A stretch of 64,000 bases of DNA, from IMG/VR virus record IMGVR_UViG_3300017917_002938, positions 64,001 through 128,000 of that record, one strand, 5' to 3'. The stretch comes from a virus. Shown here piece by piece: positions 15,158 through 25,360 of the stretch. The number at the start of each line of letters is the position of its first letter. Positions within the stretch are counted from its first letter, which is position 1. Made by a program: the position numbers and the translations under genes. The notes below the pieces were generated by a model. It was not told the DNA's origin and made no database searches. It was given only the letters and a program-made list of their open reading frames with translations.

Positions 15158-16140
15158 GCCGCTTTCCCCCATACATCTGACCAATTGCCCGATAGTGCTC
15201 CTTTGGCATAGTCAGTGGCACGATTTTCAAAAAAGTTAGTATGAGTAGGAGCATTAATCATTTCTTCAACCCAAGGCAGTGGGTTCTTTTTAACTTTAAA
15301 GATACCTTTAAGACCGAGAGAAATAAGACGTCTGTCAGCAATATATCTGATGTACTGCTTTACATCGGCTGGCGTAAGGTCAGGCATATCACCCATCTTG
15401 AATGCTAGATCAATAAATTTATCTTCTAAGTCTACCATTCTTTCGGCGATGGTATAAATCTTACCTTTTAATTCATCGTTCCAAATCTCTCTATTTTCTT
15501 CAATGTACGTACGGAACAGTTTAATCATGTTCTCGGCATGCATAGTCTCATCAACGATAGACCAGGTAACTATCTGACCCATTCCCTTCATCAATCCGTG
15601 ACGAGGAAAGTTAAGTAACATAATAAATGAACTAAACAGTTGCATACCCTCGGTAAATGCTGAAAAGACCGCAATATGAGTAGCAGTATTCTCTTTCGTA
15701 GTGTTCTTCGATGATATGTCGGTCACGTAGTCATGTTTGTTCTTCATTTCCTCATATTCAAGAAACTCATTATAGGTTGTTTCCGGTAACCCCAGAGTCT
15801 CAATCAGATGAGAGTACGCTGCGATATGTAAAGCTTCTCTCGCTGCAAACCCCATCAACATCATTCTTATTTCCGGTTGTGGGAAGTAAGGTAAGTAGTT
15901 CTTGACGTATCCCCCCGCTACATCTACATCCCCTTGTGTGAAGAATCGAAAAATGTGCGTTAGAAATTGCTTCTGAGCTGGTGTAAGGCGACGTTTCCAA
16001 TCTTTTTCATCCTCTAACATAGGTACTTCTGTATGTAACCAGTGTGCTTGTTCATGCTTAAGCCACGCATCATATGCCCATGGGTAATGAAAAGGTTTAA
16101 AGCTGTTTCTTTCGTCGGTTACTCTTACTTTTGATATCAT
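15154..16140 (-). CDS. nrdB: ribonucleotide reductase class I beta subunit
   Basis: FFTQGD, EALHIAAY, TEG, DETMH, NFFE. Confidence 0.95.
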   Translation of the reverse strand: MISKVRVTDERNSFKPFHYPWAYDAWLKHEQAHWLHTEVPMLEDEKDWKRRLTPAQKQFLTHIFRFFTQGDVDVAGGYVKNYLPYFPQPEIRMMLMGFAAREALHIAAYSHLIETLGLPETTYNEFLEYEEMKNKHDYVTDISSKNTTKENTATHIAVFSAFTEGMQLFSSFIMLLNFPRHGLMKGMGQIVTWSIVDETMHAENMIKLFRTYIEENREIWNDELKGKIYTIAERMVDLEDKFIDLAFKMGDMPDLTPADVKQYIRYIADRRLISLGLKGIFKVKKNPLPWVEEMINAPTHTNFFENRATDYAKGALSGNWSDVWGKAA

Positions 16141-16149
16141 TTACTATCC

Positions 16150-16662
16150 TTATTTTATTGGCCAATGTTTATTAAATTTTTCAAAATAAAACATTAATTC
16201 TTCTTTCTCATCATCATAGTACTCACCGACATAATCTGATTTGACACGTGCATGAATATTTTCACACATAGCAACCAAGGTAATATTATTTCTGATATAG
16301 CCCCAATTGTAGAGAACGTCAAGCATCCATTTCCAATTGCCACCTCGAATGATACCTGCTTCCACTAATACTAGATGTTGGTATGGTCTAATATCTCCTG
16401 ATTGCATAACCATCTTCTTAATATATTGATCAGGTTCTTCATCTGGATATGTTACCTCTACAGGGATGATTGATAACATTTCTCCTCGCCTACTCCAACT
16501 ATGTGCAAGATGCATAGCAACTGTTGCTGAGTAATCAGGAGATGCCATAATCACAGCAGTAGTACTAGGATCAAAGTTGGAGCTATCAACAATAGTTTCT
16601 AATCGTTGTATCAGCTCCCACTCTTTCTCTCTGGTAATAAAGTGCAGTGGTCTTCTGGTCAT
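16150..16662 (-). CDS. phosphoribosyltransferase-fold-like hypothetical protein
   Basis: LVLVEAGIIRGGN resembles a degenerate PRPP loop. Confidence 0.55.
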   Translation of the reverse strand: MTRRPLHFITREKEWELIQRLETIVDSSNFDPSTTAVIMASPDYSATVAMHLAHSWSRRGEMLSIIPVEVTYPDEEPDQYIKKMVMQSGDIRPYQHLVLVEAGIIRGGNWKWMLDVLYNWGYIRNNITLVAMCENIHARVKSDYVGEYYDDEKEELMFYFEKFNKHWPIK

Positions 16663-16777
16663 TTTTTATCTTGATACTTAACAGCGTGTACTAAGCCACC
16701 GTAAAATAGGCCTGTTATAATAATAGCCATAGGTGGTACAACAAATACCATGTAAAACAAAAAAACTATCTTCCAAA

Positions 16778-18574
16778 TCATCCTTCACACGCCAGGCAAG
16801 TGTCGCCTTCGGTCAGAGCTTTAAGATCAATCTCTTTGATTACTTCTCTCTCAATTTTTTTCGAAACTTTATCTGCTTTGCCAATTTTTTCTGAACGGCA
16901 GTAGTATAAAGTTTTTAATTTTTGTTTCCATGCCTGAAAATGTACTGCATGAAGATACTTGATATTTACATTCGGTCGAAAGAAGAGGTTAATGGATTGT
17001 GCTTGATCAATGTAACTTTGTCTGTCAGCTGCGTGCTCCACAACCCATCTTTGGTCAATTTCCATAGACGTTTTGAATACATCTTTTGTCCAGTCGTCAA
17101 GGAAGTCCAAGTGTTGAACCGATCCGTCGTTAGCAATAATACTTGACCATATTTCTTGATAGTCGAGTTTAGAGTCATTTTCACATTTCTCCTTAATGAT
17201 TCGATCTAGATACTTGTTCTTGTTTAGGTGAGCACCCGACAAAGTGTCTTGACGGTAAGCATTAGCACGATAAGGCTCAACAGAAGGAGAAGTATTTCCC
17301 ATAAGGATAGAAGAAGAAGCATTCGGAGCAATAGCCATAAGGTGACTGAAGCGCTTACCAGTGCCAACAGCATCAGGAGCTTCACCTCGCTCTTTACCCA
17401 ACTGAAGATTAGCCTCATCTAACTTACTCCTTATATGCTTAAATATTTTATGATTAGCAGATACGGCTAGCGCTGATTCCCATGGTAGATTATTCTTCTG
17501 CAAGTACGCGTGCCACCCTAGGGCACCAACGCCAATAGAACGCTCAGCGCTAGCAGAATAACGGGCCCTGGAGATGGCATCAGGTGCGTTATCAATAAAA
17601 TACTGTAGAACGTTATCGAGCATTTCAGCAACATCCCGTAAGAATTGAGGGTCGTTTTTCCAATCATCGTAATACTCCAAGTTTAAAGAGGATAGGCAAC
17701 ATACTGCGGTTCGTTCTTCGTTAGTAGGAAGAATAATTTCCGAGCAAAGATTTGATTGATGTACTTTAAGACCTTTTTCTTTTAGCCACGTGGGTAGTTG
17801 TCTGTTTGATTCATCAATAAAGTGAATGTAGGGTTCACCCGTCTGCATTCTAAGTTCAAGTATCTTTTGCCACAGTTCTTTAGCAGATACTGTGTCTCTA
17901 ATTTCACCGGAGTGAGGATCACGTAACTGCCAGGAGTCATCGGACTGAGGATCCTGCATGCAACGTTCAACAATCTCCATAAAGTTATCGGTGATATTAA
18001 TACCGTGATGTAGATTCAACGCTCGCATATTTTGATCACCAGTCGGCTTTCTCATCTCTAAGAAAGTAATAATATCTGGATGACTAATATCAAGATAAGC
18101 AGCATAACTGCCCCTACGAGTACGCCCTTGGCGATATGCCAGAGAAGACGCATCGTAAATTTTGAGGTGCGGCATAACACCAGTAGATTTGTCATCCGCC
18201 GAACGTATACCGAAACCAATCCCAACACCGCCACCAAGCATACTAAGCCAATTAGTTTCACTAAGATTATCAACTAAACCCTCCGCAGTATCTTCTATGT
18301 AATTCAAAAAACAGCTGATAGGCATACCCCTTTTACTGCGCCCAAAGGATAGAATTGGTGTTGAATATGACAACCAATGCTTGGATGAATACTCGTACAG
18401 CCGCTGAGCATGAGCAGGGTTACTACCGAAAGAGCTCGACACATATGCAAACCTCTCTTGTGGTGATCGTTCCTCGTCTTTCATGTAGCTTTCTCTCAGC
18501 CTTATCTTACCTAATTCATCAAATAGACTATCGCGCGAATAGTCTACCGAGATACCGTGAACGACATCTTGCAT
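16778..18574 (-). CDS. nrdA: ribonucleotide reductase class I alpha subunit
   Basis: PISCF, SNLCSEI, APNASS, KTLYY, C-terminal CLAC. Confidence 0.95.
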   Translation of the reverse strand: MQDVVHGISVDYSRDSLFDELGKIRLRESYMKDEERSPQERFAYVSSSFGSNPAHAQRLYEYSSKHWLSYSTPILSFGRSKRGMPISCFLNYIEDTAEGLVDNLSETNWLSMLGGGVGIGFGIRSADDKSTGVMPHLKIYDASSLAYRQGRTRRGSYAAYLDISHPDIITFLEMRKPTGDQNMRALNLHHGINITDNFMEIVERCMQDPQSDDSWQLRDPHSGEIRDTVSAKELWQKILELRMQTGEPYIHFIDESNRQLPTWLKEKGLKVHQSNLCSEIILPTNEERTAVCCLSSLNLEYYDDWKNDPQFLRDVAEMLDNVLQYFIDNAPDAISRARYSASAERSIGVGALGWHAYLQKNNLPWESALAVSANHKIFKHIRSKLDEANLQLGKERGEAPDAVGTGKRFSHLMAIAPNASSSILMGNTSPSVEPYRANAYRQDTLSGAHLNKNKYLDRIIKEKCENDSKLDYQEIWSSIIANDGSVQHLDFLDDWTKDVFKTSMEIDQRWVVEHAADRQSYIDQAQSINLFFRPNVNIKYLHAVHFQAWKQKLKTLYYCRSEKIGKADKVSKKIEREVIKEIDLKALTEGDTCLACEG

Positions 18575-18592
18575 ATTTACCTCTTTTTATAA

Positions 18593-19372
18593 TTATTGTT
18601 GTACTAAATTTTTAATGACAGGGAATACAGTGGCAATAACTTTCGCACACTCTTTCGCTATATCACAATGCTCTTGTTGTGTACCGTTACTTGATCTTAG
18701 TTGAATATAATGTACCCAAGATCTAACAGTACCATTCACATACAGTCTTGACTTTGTATTACCTTCTGGTAGCACACATCTTGCTTGTTCTTTAGCAATA
18801 CCTTTTTCTATTGCCCATTTGTAGATGTCTTTGGATCTACTAATTAAGTCGCGCTGTAGATTTTCCCACTGATAAGCTAACTGTCTATGCTCATTGTTAC
18901 TCATATCAAGCGGTATAGAGTTTTGTCTATTGGTAGTGTCCTGTAACCTTGCCTCTCGTATCATGAAGCTTAGATCGTCAGTTGGATCAGCGTACCTTTG
19001 GGAAAACTCTTGAAACGAGAACGACCGATGTCTGAGTAACTGTCTGGCAACGTCTCTGGTGGTTGTAATTTCAAGACACATGGAGACCATTTCGAGAGGT
19101 GACCAATGTTGATGTTTAATGAGGTATTTAATAAGCTTCTCTGATGTCTCGGTGTTAAATTGGTTCGATGGATTGGAGACACGGGCACAATACGCGATGA
19201 GTTCTTGTACATCTTTGATACCCATGCTTGAGTATTCACTAGTGGGTTGGGAATAGGAGACCAGTTTAACATCTTGCTCGTTCACTAAACAATCCTCGGT
19301 TGTTAAAATATCATAATATTCGTTCGTCAGATTTTTTTCATAATAATTATTTTCAATCATTTTATGTTTCAT
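18593..19372 (-). CDS. thyX: FAD-dependent thymidylate synthase (start uncertain)
   Basis: RHRSFSFQEFSQRY signature, HWSPLE. Confidence 0.93.
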   Translation of the reverse strand: MKHKMIENNYYEKNLTNEYYDILTTEDCLVNEQDVKLVSYSQPTSEYSSMGIKDVQELIAYCARVSNPSNQFNTETSEKLIKYLIKHQHWSPLEMVSMCLEITTTRDVARQLLRHRSFSFQEFSQRYADPTDDLSFMIREARLQDTTNRQNSIPLDMSNNEHRQLAYQWENLQRDLISRSKDIYKWAIEKGIAKEQARCVLPEGNTKSRLYVNGTVRSWVHYIQLRSSNGTQQEHCDIAKECAKVIATVFPVIKNLVQQ

Positions 19373-19393
19373 TCATTGGTGGTTTATGTAGGC

Positions 19394-20404
19394 TCAGATT
19401 TTTTTCCAAACTGTGTGTTTTAACTTAGCTTCTAGTCCTTTGAAGGTATTTTTTTGAATTATTTCCATGACATTTTTACCTGCTAAAACCATGTCGTTCA
19501 CGTCTTTTTCTTCTAATGATTGAGGCCAGATCACAATATTATATCCTAGATCAATCATGGAGTCCATCTTCTTATTAATCTCTTTGTTGCGTGGCTCATT
19601 ATCATAAACAAAACACACGTTCATGTTGCCTGGAAATATTTTCGATATGTTTGCGTCTGATCCGGCCATGGCTACTCCATTAGGTAAAAACAAAGAGTCA
19701 ATAGGGCCTTCAGTCACGTAAATTAACTTAGACGTATCAACAGTATCTAAACCAAATAACTTGGGCTTAGACTGATCAATCATAATCGTGATATACCGTA
19801 CACCATTCTTAGAAAAGCTACGGCCTTGAAACCCGTACATATTTTCGTCTTTATCAAGAAACGGAATAATAAGTCTAGGTTCGTCTTTAGATCCTTCCGA
19901 TGTTACATCAAACTTTTCAGGTATGATTGTATTAACCCATTCCTTAAACTTAGGACAGAAGAATAACTTGTAGTGCGTGTTAGGAGGTATACGTCTCTTT
20001 ACAACATACTTCTTTGCTGGATGATCAGGTGATAATTGACTGATCTTCTTAAGGGAAACCAATGGAGACGCAATTCTATACTTGGGTATGTGTACTTTTG
20101 TTATATCTGGCTGAACAACCGGAGCTCCCTGGTTTTTCTCAGTAAACTTCTCAAGGACATACTCTTTATGTAATTCAGGATCAAGGTGCTTGATAAAATT
20201 ACCAAAGGCCATAGAAGCACCACAATTATGACAATAGAAAGTCATTCTACCTTCTTTTTCAAGAATATAGCCTCTAGACTTGTATTTGTTCTTTTGTGAA
20301 TCACCGCAGATAGGACATCTGAAGTTGTACGATGGTCCTCGCTTTGCAAAGCGCTCCAATCGCACGGAGAGTATACCAATATATTTATGCTCAATAAAGC
20401 TCAT
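19394..20404 (-). CDS. T4-like DNA primase gp61
   Basis: CPICGDS..CHNC zinc finger, EGPIDS, DNEPRN, KDVND; promoter at 20433-20461. Confidence 0.93.
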   Translation of the reverse strand: MSFIEHKYIGILSVRLERFAKRGPSYNFRCPICGDSQKNKYKSRGYILEKEGRMTFYCHNCGASMAFGNFIKHLDPELHKEYVLEKFTEKNQGAPVVQPDITKVHIPKYRIASPLVSLKKISQLSPDHPAKKYVVKRRIPPNTHYKLFFCPKFKEWVNTIIPEKFDVTSEGSKDEPRLIIPFLDKDENMYGFQGRSFSKNGVRYITIMIDQSKPKLFGLDTVDTSKLIYVTEGPIDSLFLPNGVAMAGSDANISKIFPGNMNVCFVYDNEPRNKEINKKMDSMIDLGYNIVIWPQSLEEKDVNDMVLAGKNVMEIIQKNTFKGLEAKLKHTVWKKI

Positions 20405-20470
20405 TATAATTATCCTGAAATCCGACAATACGATTATATTATTATCGGATCAGGAAATCAACTTGACATG

Positions 20471-20710
20471 TTAGAAGAGTTTGTCTATTCGAACGTGAGC
20501 TAAAATATAACCTACTACGACAGCGGCTCCCACTATCATCCAACGCCAACGTTCAAGAACATCTACGCGACTACTCATATTGTCCATTTTAAAACATAGA
20601 TTGTCGTACTGTTCTTTTTGATCTTTTTTGATCTCTTTAACGTCACTAGCAATATTTTTTACTTCGTTCTCTAACACGGCTATCCTTGAGGTTGTGTCGA
20701 ATTGTTCCAT
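20471..20710 (-). CDS. coiled-coil protein with C-terminal TM (lysis-module-like)
   Basis: Heptad region then hydrophobic helix. Confidence 0.65.
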   Translation of the reverse strand: MEQFDTTSRIAVLENEVKNIASDVKEIKKDQKEQYDNLCFKMDNMSSRVDVLERWRWMIVGAAVVVGYILAHVRIDKLF

Positions 20711-20713
20711 ATA

Positions 20714-20998
20714 TTATTCTTCTTTTTGTGTCGACTTGGTATTTAGGGATGTAATTTTTTCCTGTCCTCTAGTCCACGCCGCTACACCTAAAACGGCACC
20801 CATAGCCATATGAAACAAACCTCCATCAGAAGACGTTAGAGGTTTCCACTGAGTAGTAATAGAACCACCTGTATGGATCTGTACCAGTATGACTACAATA
20901 GGAGCAATAATAAAATCGAACAAACAAATAGCCATGTAAGTCCAACCCATAGCTGGACGCCATTTATTATTTACCCAATTATCACTTAATCTTGTCAT
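20714..20998 (-). CDS. putative holin (3TM-holin-like)
   Basis: KWRPAMGW..C.FDF, two TM segments, RGQEK. Confidence 0.6.
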   Translation of the reverse strand: MTRLSDNWVNNKWRPAMGWTYMAICLFDFIIAPIVVILVQIHTGGSITTQWKPLTSSDGGLFHMAMGAVLGVAAWTRGQEKITSLNTKSTQKEE

Positions 20999-21242
20999 GT
21001 ATCTCTTTTTGAATACGATACCATTCTATCCACGCCTCATTTTTTATAGAACATTCATGGTACAAGGTATAATTTTCTACTACTGATTTAGCAACATCAC
21101 TCAATTTAACTTCACCAGATAGCTTATTAAGTTCAGAACATTTTTCCATTAACGCTGGAGGTACTTCCGGAAAGTTTTGCTTTACCGGCACTGACATACA
21201 GCCGGTTAAAACAAAAGCTATCAGTACAATAAGTTTATTCAT
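20982..21242 (-). CDS. putative o-spanin (Rz1-like lipoprotein)
   Basis: Lipobox LTGC, Pro-rich linker, ENY..YHEC. Confidence 0.7.
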   Translation of the reverse strand: MNKLIVLIAFVLTGCMSVPVKQNFPEVPPALMEKCSELNKLSGEVKLSDVAKSVVENYTLYHECSIKNEAWIEWYRIQKEIHDKIK

Positions 21243-21243
21243 A

Positions 21244-21510
21244 TTACCACGCTCTGCACGACCAGTATCTTGCTTTGGTTTTTGGACCCGGATCATCACA
21301 GTTATGTCTTGCTCTGAAACTTCTACGTCTAGCTGGAATATGTTTCTTTATTGAAAGATTCTTATCACCGAAGTTAACTTTCACTACATTACCATTTGCA
21401 TTTTTTACAAACACTTTTGATTTCTTAACATCACCAGCCATAGGTTTGTTAAGCTGAACTGTGCGGCCTTGGTATTCTGCTTCGGAAATAAATTCTTTAT
21501 ATCTTAACAT
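21244..21510 (-). CDS. basic conserved phage protein, probable head-internal
   Basis: MLRYKEFISE start; RRRSFRARHNC...YWSC. Confidence 0.75.
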   Translation of the reverse strand: MLRYKEFISEAEYQGRTVQLNKPMAGDVKKSKVFVKNANGNVVKVNFGDKNLSIKKHIPARRRSFRARHNCDDPGPKTKARYWSCRAW

Positions 21511-21511
21511 A

Positions 21512-21832
21512 TTATTTACCTTTGTGCATGTTAATGAACCAATGGGCAAGTTGTTTTTTTCTAGGCGAAGCACTATCAGAAGAACGAACTTTTTTGAGTT
21601 GAGAAATACTCTTACCCTTCAATCCATGTCTGGACATGTCACCCTTATTTTCGGGGTTTCGGCCATCCATAAAGTTCTCTTGAGCGTCTATAAAGTTTTG
21701 TTTTGTAGGAGCACCTTTAGAACCTGGCTTTCGCATACGCTCACCGGAGCCGGCTTTGATGCGTTTACGCTTAGCATGAATATTGTCCCACAGTCCTCTT
21801 TTCTCACTAATGAAATCTTTATACCTTATCAT
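21512..21832 (-). CDS. basic probable head-internal protein
   Basis: MIRYKDFISE start; GLWDNIHAKRKR. Confidence 0.7.
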   Translation of the reverse strand: MIRYKDFISEKRGLWDNIHAKRKRIKAGSGERMRKPGSKGAPTKQNFIDAQENFMDGRNPENKGDMSRHGLKGKSISQLKKVRSSDSASPRKKQLAHWFINMHKGK

Positions 21833-22266
21833 TTTACTCTTTCTGAAGCTTGGTTTATAGTAACGATAAACTCTTGAGGAATCTTACACTGATCATCATA
21901 CTTTATTATTTCTTTATCCACATATTGTATTAATGTTTCCCCACGCTCTTTTACTACTTGTATTTTGTTAACAACTTTTGTCTGTATTTCAACATTTTTT
22001 TGTTTTGATTCTTTTTCAGCGGCTGCAATTTGCTCTTGCAACTCGCTAACACGGGCCTGCCATATTAGATCGTTATGTTTGTACCCTAGCAACCAAAGAG
22101 ATATTACAAGGAGAGGAATAGCAATTATTTTTACAATAGAAGCGTAACTTCCTACAACTGGTATCTTTGAAAAAACCGTACCTACAATCAGCCCTATTGC
22201 ACTTGCCGCAAAAACTCCGTAAACCAATAGATCAGGTATAAACGACAAGTAGCTAAACATCCACAT
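21829..22266 (-). CDS. putative i-spanin (Rz-like)
   Basis: N-terminal TMs, coiled coil, C-terminal C-K-I-P. Confidence 0.7.
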   Translation of the reverse strand: MWMFSYLSFIPDLLVYGVFAASAIGLIVGTVFSKIPVVGSYASIVKIIAIPLLVISLWLLGYKHNDLIWQARVSELQEQIAAAEKESKQKNVEIQTKVVNKIQVVKERGETLIQYVDKEIIKYDDQCKIPQEFIVTINQASERVK

Positions 22267-22268
22267 TA

Positions 22269-22757
22269 TTATTCCTTATTGTAGTTTGGAAATTTTCTTT
22301 TTAGCATCTTTTTTAGAATAGGATTATGTTTTTTAGACACACCAGGCTCTCCCTGAGCACCTACTCCAGCCCCTGCAATGTTTCCTTGGCCTACTACATT
22401 GGCAATTTCTTCTGTTAATGTGAGTTCATTACTAATAAAATATTGCTCTAACTCTTCTTCTGAAAGAACATGTAGTTGATTGTGTTCTTTTAGAAGTAAA
22501 GCTGCCGCAGCAATAGTACCGATACGAGAAGAACCACCAGGTACTTTTGCTAGAAGTTTCTTCAAGTTAGCAGTCATAATATCAAAATAACCCCATGCAT
22601 TTATTTCTTCTGGAGTTTTAAGTTCAGCACGCTTTTTTAAAACATGACCCGTACTATCAATTATGCCAAGCTTGTATGCATCCCAGTTTTCAAAGGGAGT
22701 GGCAATTCTTTTTAAGAACTGATATATTAGAAAAACATCAACTACTTTGTTTGCCAT
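22269..22757 (-). CDS. conserved T4-like hypothetical protein
   Basis: PFENWDAYKLGIID. Confidence 0.75.
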   Translation of the reverse strand: MANKVVDVFLIYQFLKRIATPFENWDAYKLGIIDSTGHVLKKRAELKTPEEINAWGYFDIMTANLKKLLAKVPGGSSRIGTIAAAALLLKEHNQLHVLSEEELEQYFISNELTLTEEIANVVGQGNIAGAGVGAQGEPGVSKKHNPILKKMLKRKFPNYNKE

Positions 22758-23154
22758 TTTGTATTTCTCTGAGAGAGTTTACTATACCTGGGTCCATTAT
22801 TATATCTGATGTAATAATGTTCTTACCATCAATTCCAATACCAACAACTTTGTCTGGTAAATAATTAAGCATTACAAGAAAGGGTTTTAAACAATGATAA
22901 AAACCTTTTAATTTGAAAAATAAAAGCCGTGTAGCGGCTTCTACGCCAAACAGATTGTAAATAATAATGATGTGATTGAGTATCAGCCGCTCTTTCAACT
23001 CACCTGATTCTTCGTAACGGCTGAATAATCTCTTTATATACTTAAACCTGTTTAAATCTTCGTAAAACTCCAGCGTGTCAAAACAAGACGGGTTATCATA
23101 ATGTTTTGCTGCATAAAGTAGAAAATTTGTCTCATCTAATTTCTCAGTGTGCAT
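22738..23154 (-). CDS. conserved T4-like hypothetical protein
   Basis: YDNP, FKYIKRL, RLILNH. Confidence 0.75.
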   Translation of the reverse strand: MHTEKLDETNFLLYAAKHYDNPSCFDTLEFYEDLNRFKYIKRLFSRYEESGELKERLILNHIIIIYNLFGVEAATRLLFFKLKGFYHCLKPFLVMLNYLPDKVVGIGIDGKNIITSDIIMDPGIVNSLREIQNGKQSS

Positions 23155-23171
23155 AATTTATAGTTATAATA

Positions 23172-24266
23172 TTAAACAATATGTCTATATACTCCGCTTG
23201 CGTCGTAGAACCAAGTATGAGATTGACCTAGGTTATTCATACTGTAAGTAATTTGAAGGGTACCGGTAGCAGGATCTTCTATAGAGTTGGCTCCTCCCCC
23301 AGACGTAATATTAAGTATATGACCGGAGTTGTTAATTATTTTAACTGTATAAAATCTACCCTCTGTAATTCCAGTATTAGGTAAAGTTAGGGTACAGTTA
23401 GATCCAACAGCATTTAAATCTACTAATAGTACATCAGCAGCGCTAGGATTACCATTGGCCGCGTATGTGTTGCTCGTTATAGTAGTAGGTTTAACAAAAC
23501 TACCTTTGAATGCTGTGCTCTGCAAGGTGGTATCAGGGAAAGATAACTGACCGTTAGCGCCAAATTTCCAAATGTAGTCGGCACCGTTATTACCAGTTTC
23601 AATTTGAACACCACCGTTTGATCCATTTTTAGCAGACCCTGCTATACGAACGGTAGGATTTACTTCTGATTGACCGGTAACCTGAATAAAATTCACGCCC
23701 ATTATACCTGGGCCTATTTGAATAGTATCGCCGTTTGCTTCGTATATTATACTACCGGAGAAGAGAACGTTATCAGTAGCAGCTGATCCTGTATCCCCTT
23801 TATTACCCTGAGATCCTAGATCACCTTTATCTCCTTTAGATCCTACCTCCCCTTTTGATCCTAGATCGCCTTTTTGACCTTTTATACCTGTAACGTAAAC
23901 ATTAGATGATGCGTCAGAGGACCCAAACTCAAGAGTATTGTTTGCGTCGGTATAGGTTGCGCTGATGTAGCGCTCGCCCTTCTCACCCTTTGCTCCAGTT
24001 GCTCCAGTTGAGCCGGTAGAACCTAAATCACCCTTATCTCCTTGACCGCCTTTCTCACCTTTATCTCCCTTGGAACCAGTAGTTCCAAGCTCGCCTTTTT
24101 CTCCTTTGTTTACAAGACCAACAAAGTACTGAGCCATGTTGTTGGCCAATACCTTTTTAGTCTCACCAGCAGAAACATCCACAACAACAAAAAGATCTCC
24201 GTTCGCTACTGCATTAGCAGCGAGTGTGGTTAAATCGGAGATCTTTTTTGCGCGATCAGTTGCCAT
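23172..24266 (-). CDS. collagen-repeat (Gly-X-Y) structural/fibre protein
   Basis: Two GxKGDKG tracts; KISDLT N-terminus. Confidence 0.8.
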   Translation of the reverse strand: MATDRAKKISDLTTLAANAVANGDLFVVVDVSAGETKKVLANNMAQYFVGLVNKGEKGELGTTGSKGDKGEKGGQGDKGDLGSTGSTGATGAKGEKGERYISATYTDANNTLEFGSSDASSNVYVTGIKGQKGDLGSKGEVGSKGDKGDLGSQGNKGDTGSAATDNVLFSGSIIYEANGDTIQIGPGIMGVNFIQVTGQSEVNPTVRIAGSAKNGSNGGVQIETGNNGADYIWKFGANGQLSFPDTTLQSTAFKGSFVKPTTITSNTYAANGNPSAADVLLVDLNAVGSNCTLTLPNTGITEGRFYTVKIINNSGHILNITSGGGANSIEDPATGTLQITYSMNNLGQSHTWFYDASGVYRHIV

Positions 24267-24271
24267 AGTGA

Positions 24272-25120
24272 TTAAGCGTCAGGTAATACAGTATCGTCAG
24301 ATGCATCGGAAGCGATTGATCCCATTGCAACCAGTGTTTCATAGTTTACACGACCAGCACGCCCACCAGTACCCTCGGTTCTTACAACCCATCCAGCGTG
24401 TGCAAGCCCGGTATTGATACCGCCACCAACAGTTGCTTGTCCGGTAGCTGTCTCACCTTTAACAGTGTGTGTTTGACCTGCGGTTGCTGTTGCTTCGGTT
24501 AGGTTAACATTAGAACCATTTTGTGTGGTTGATACGGCAAAAGAGGATGCGTTTACAAACGAGATGTAATAGAAAGTGTTACCAGTGAGACCACCGATAG
24601 CGGTATTACCAGTAGGAACTTCGTAGTAAATTCTGTCGCCAACTACAAATTTGCTGTTAGCAGTTGTTAACGCAATCGTATCAGTAGTATTGCTTACACC
24701 TGTGGTGTTAGCAGTAACGTTAAGTGCTGATGGTGCTGCTACTGCTACTGTAGGAGCAACCTTGTATCCAGAACCCGCAGCAGATACATTCAATGCAATA
24801 ATTCTACCAGTAGAAGTATTAGCTGTTGCGTTTGCTGTAGCAGAAGCTCCTCCGTTTACCGCGGTAAGAGTTACTGCTGCGTTAGCTGTATAGCCCGAAC
24901 CTGGATTAGTAATAACAATGTTAACAACTGGACCGCCGCTAACGACCATCTCAGCTGCATCTACACCGTACATACCGATTGTTTCTCCAGTTCCATAACC
25001 GTTTGCGGTTGTGTTACCGAACATTAAGTTTGCGTTGGTTCTTGTTGGTGCCTGAGCAACCTGTGCTGGTGCCCAAAGTACGCTGTTAGAAGCAACGTCT
25101 GATTTACCCCATTGACTCAT
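24272..25120 (-). CDS. Ala/Thr/Gly-rich virion structural protein
   Basis: MSQWG start, GSGY repeats, HAGWV, ETLVAM; ATAAATA late-like motif upstream. Confidence 0.75.
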   Translation of the reverse strand: MSQWGKSDVASNSVLWAPAQVAQAPTRTNANLMFGNTTANGYGTGETIGMYGVDAAEMVVSGGPVVNIVITNPGSGYTANAAVTLTAVNGGASATANATANTSTGRIIALNVSAAGSGYKVAPTVAVAAPSALNVTANTTGVSNTTDTIALTTANSKFVVGDRIYYEVPTGNTAIGGLTGNTFYYISFVNASSFAVSTTQNGSNVNLTEATATAGQTHTVKGETATGQATVGGGINTGLAHAGWVVRTEGTGGRAGRVNYETLVAMGSIASDASDDTVLPDA

Positions 25121-25156
25121 TTGTTTCTCCTTTGATAGGTTTATTAATAGTATTTA

Positions 25157-25360
25157 TTATTTCTTCTCAGCAAGCATGTCACGTAAAAAAGCCGATGATT
25201 TACTTACTATTTCAAAATTTTCTCCTGATGTTTCAGATAATGGCTGCTCTTGACGAATCTCAGGAGTACCAGCTTTATTTCTAATAGCAGTAAGATCACT
25301 GTCGGTACTCTCGTTGCGTTTTCTAGCAACAACCACCGGATTTATTACGTTAATAGGCAT
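25157..25360 (-). CDS. hypothetical protein
   Basis: ORF. Confidence 0.55.
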   Translation of the reverse strand: MPINVINPVVVARKRNESTDSDLTAIRNKAGTPEIRQEQPLSETSGENFEIVSKSSAFLRDMLAEKK

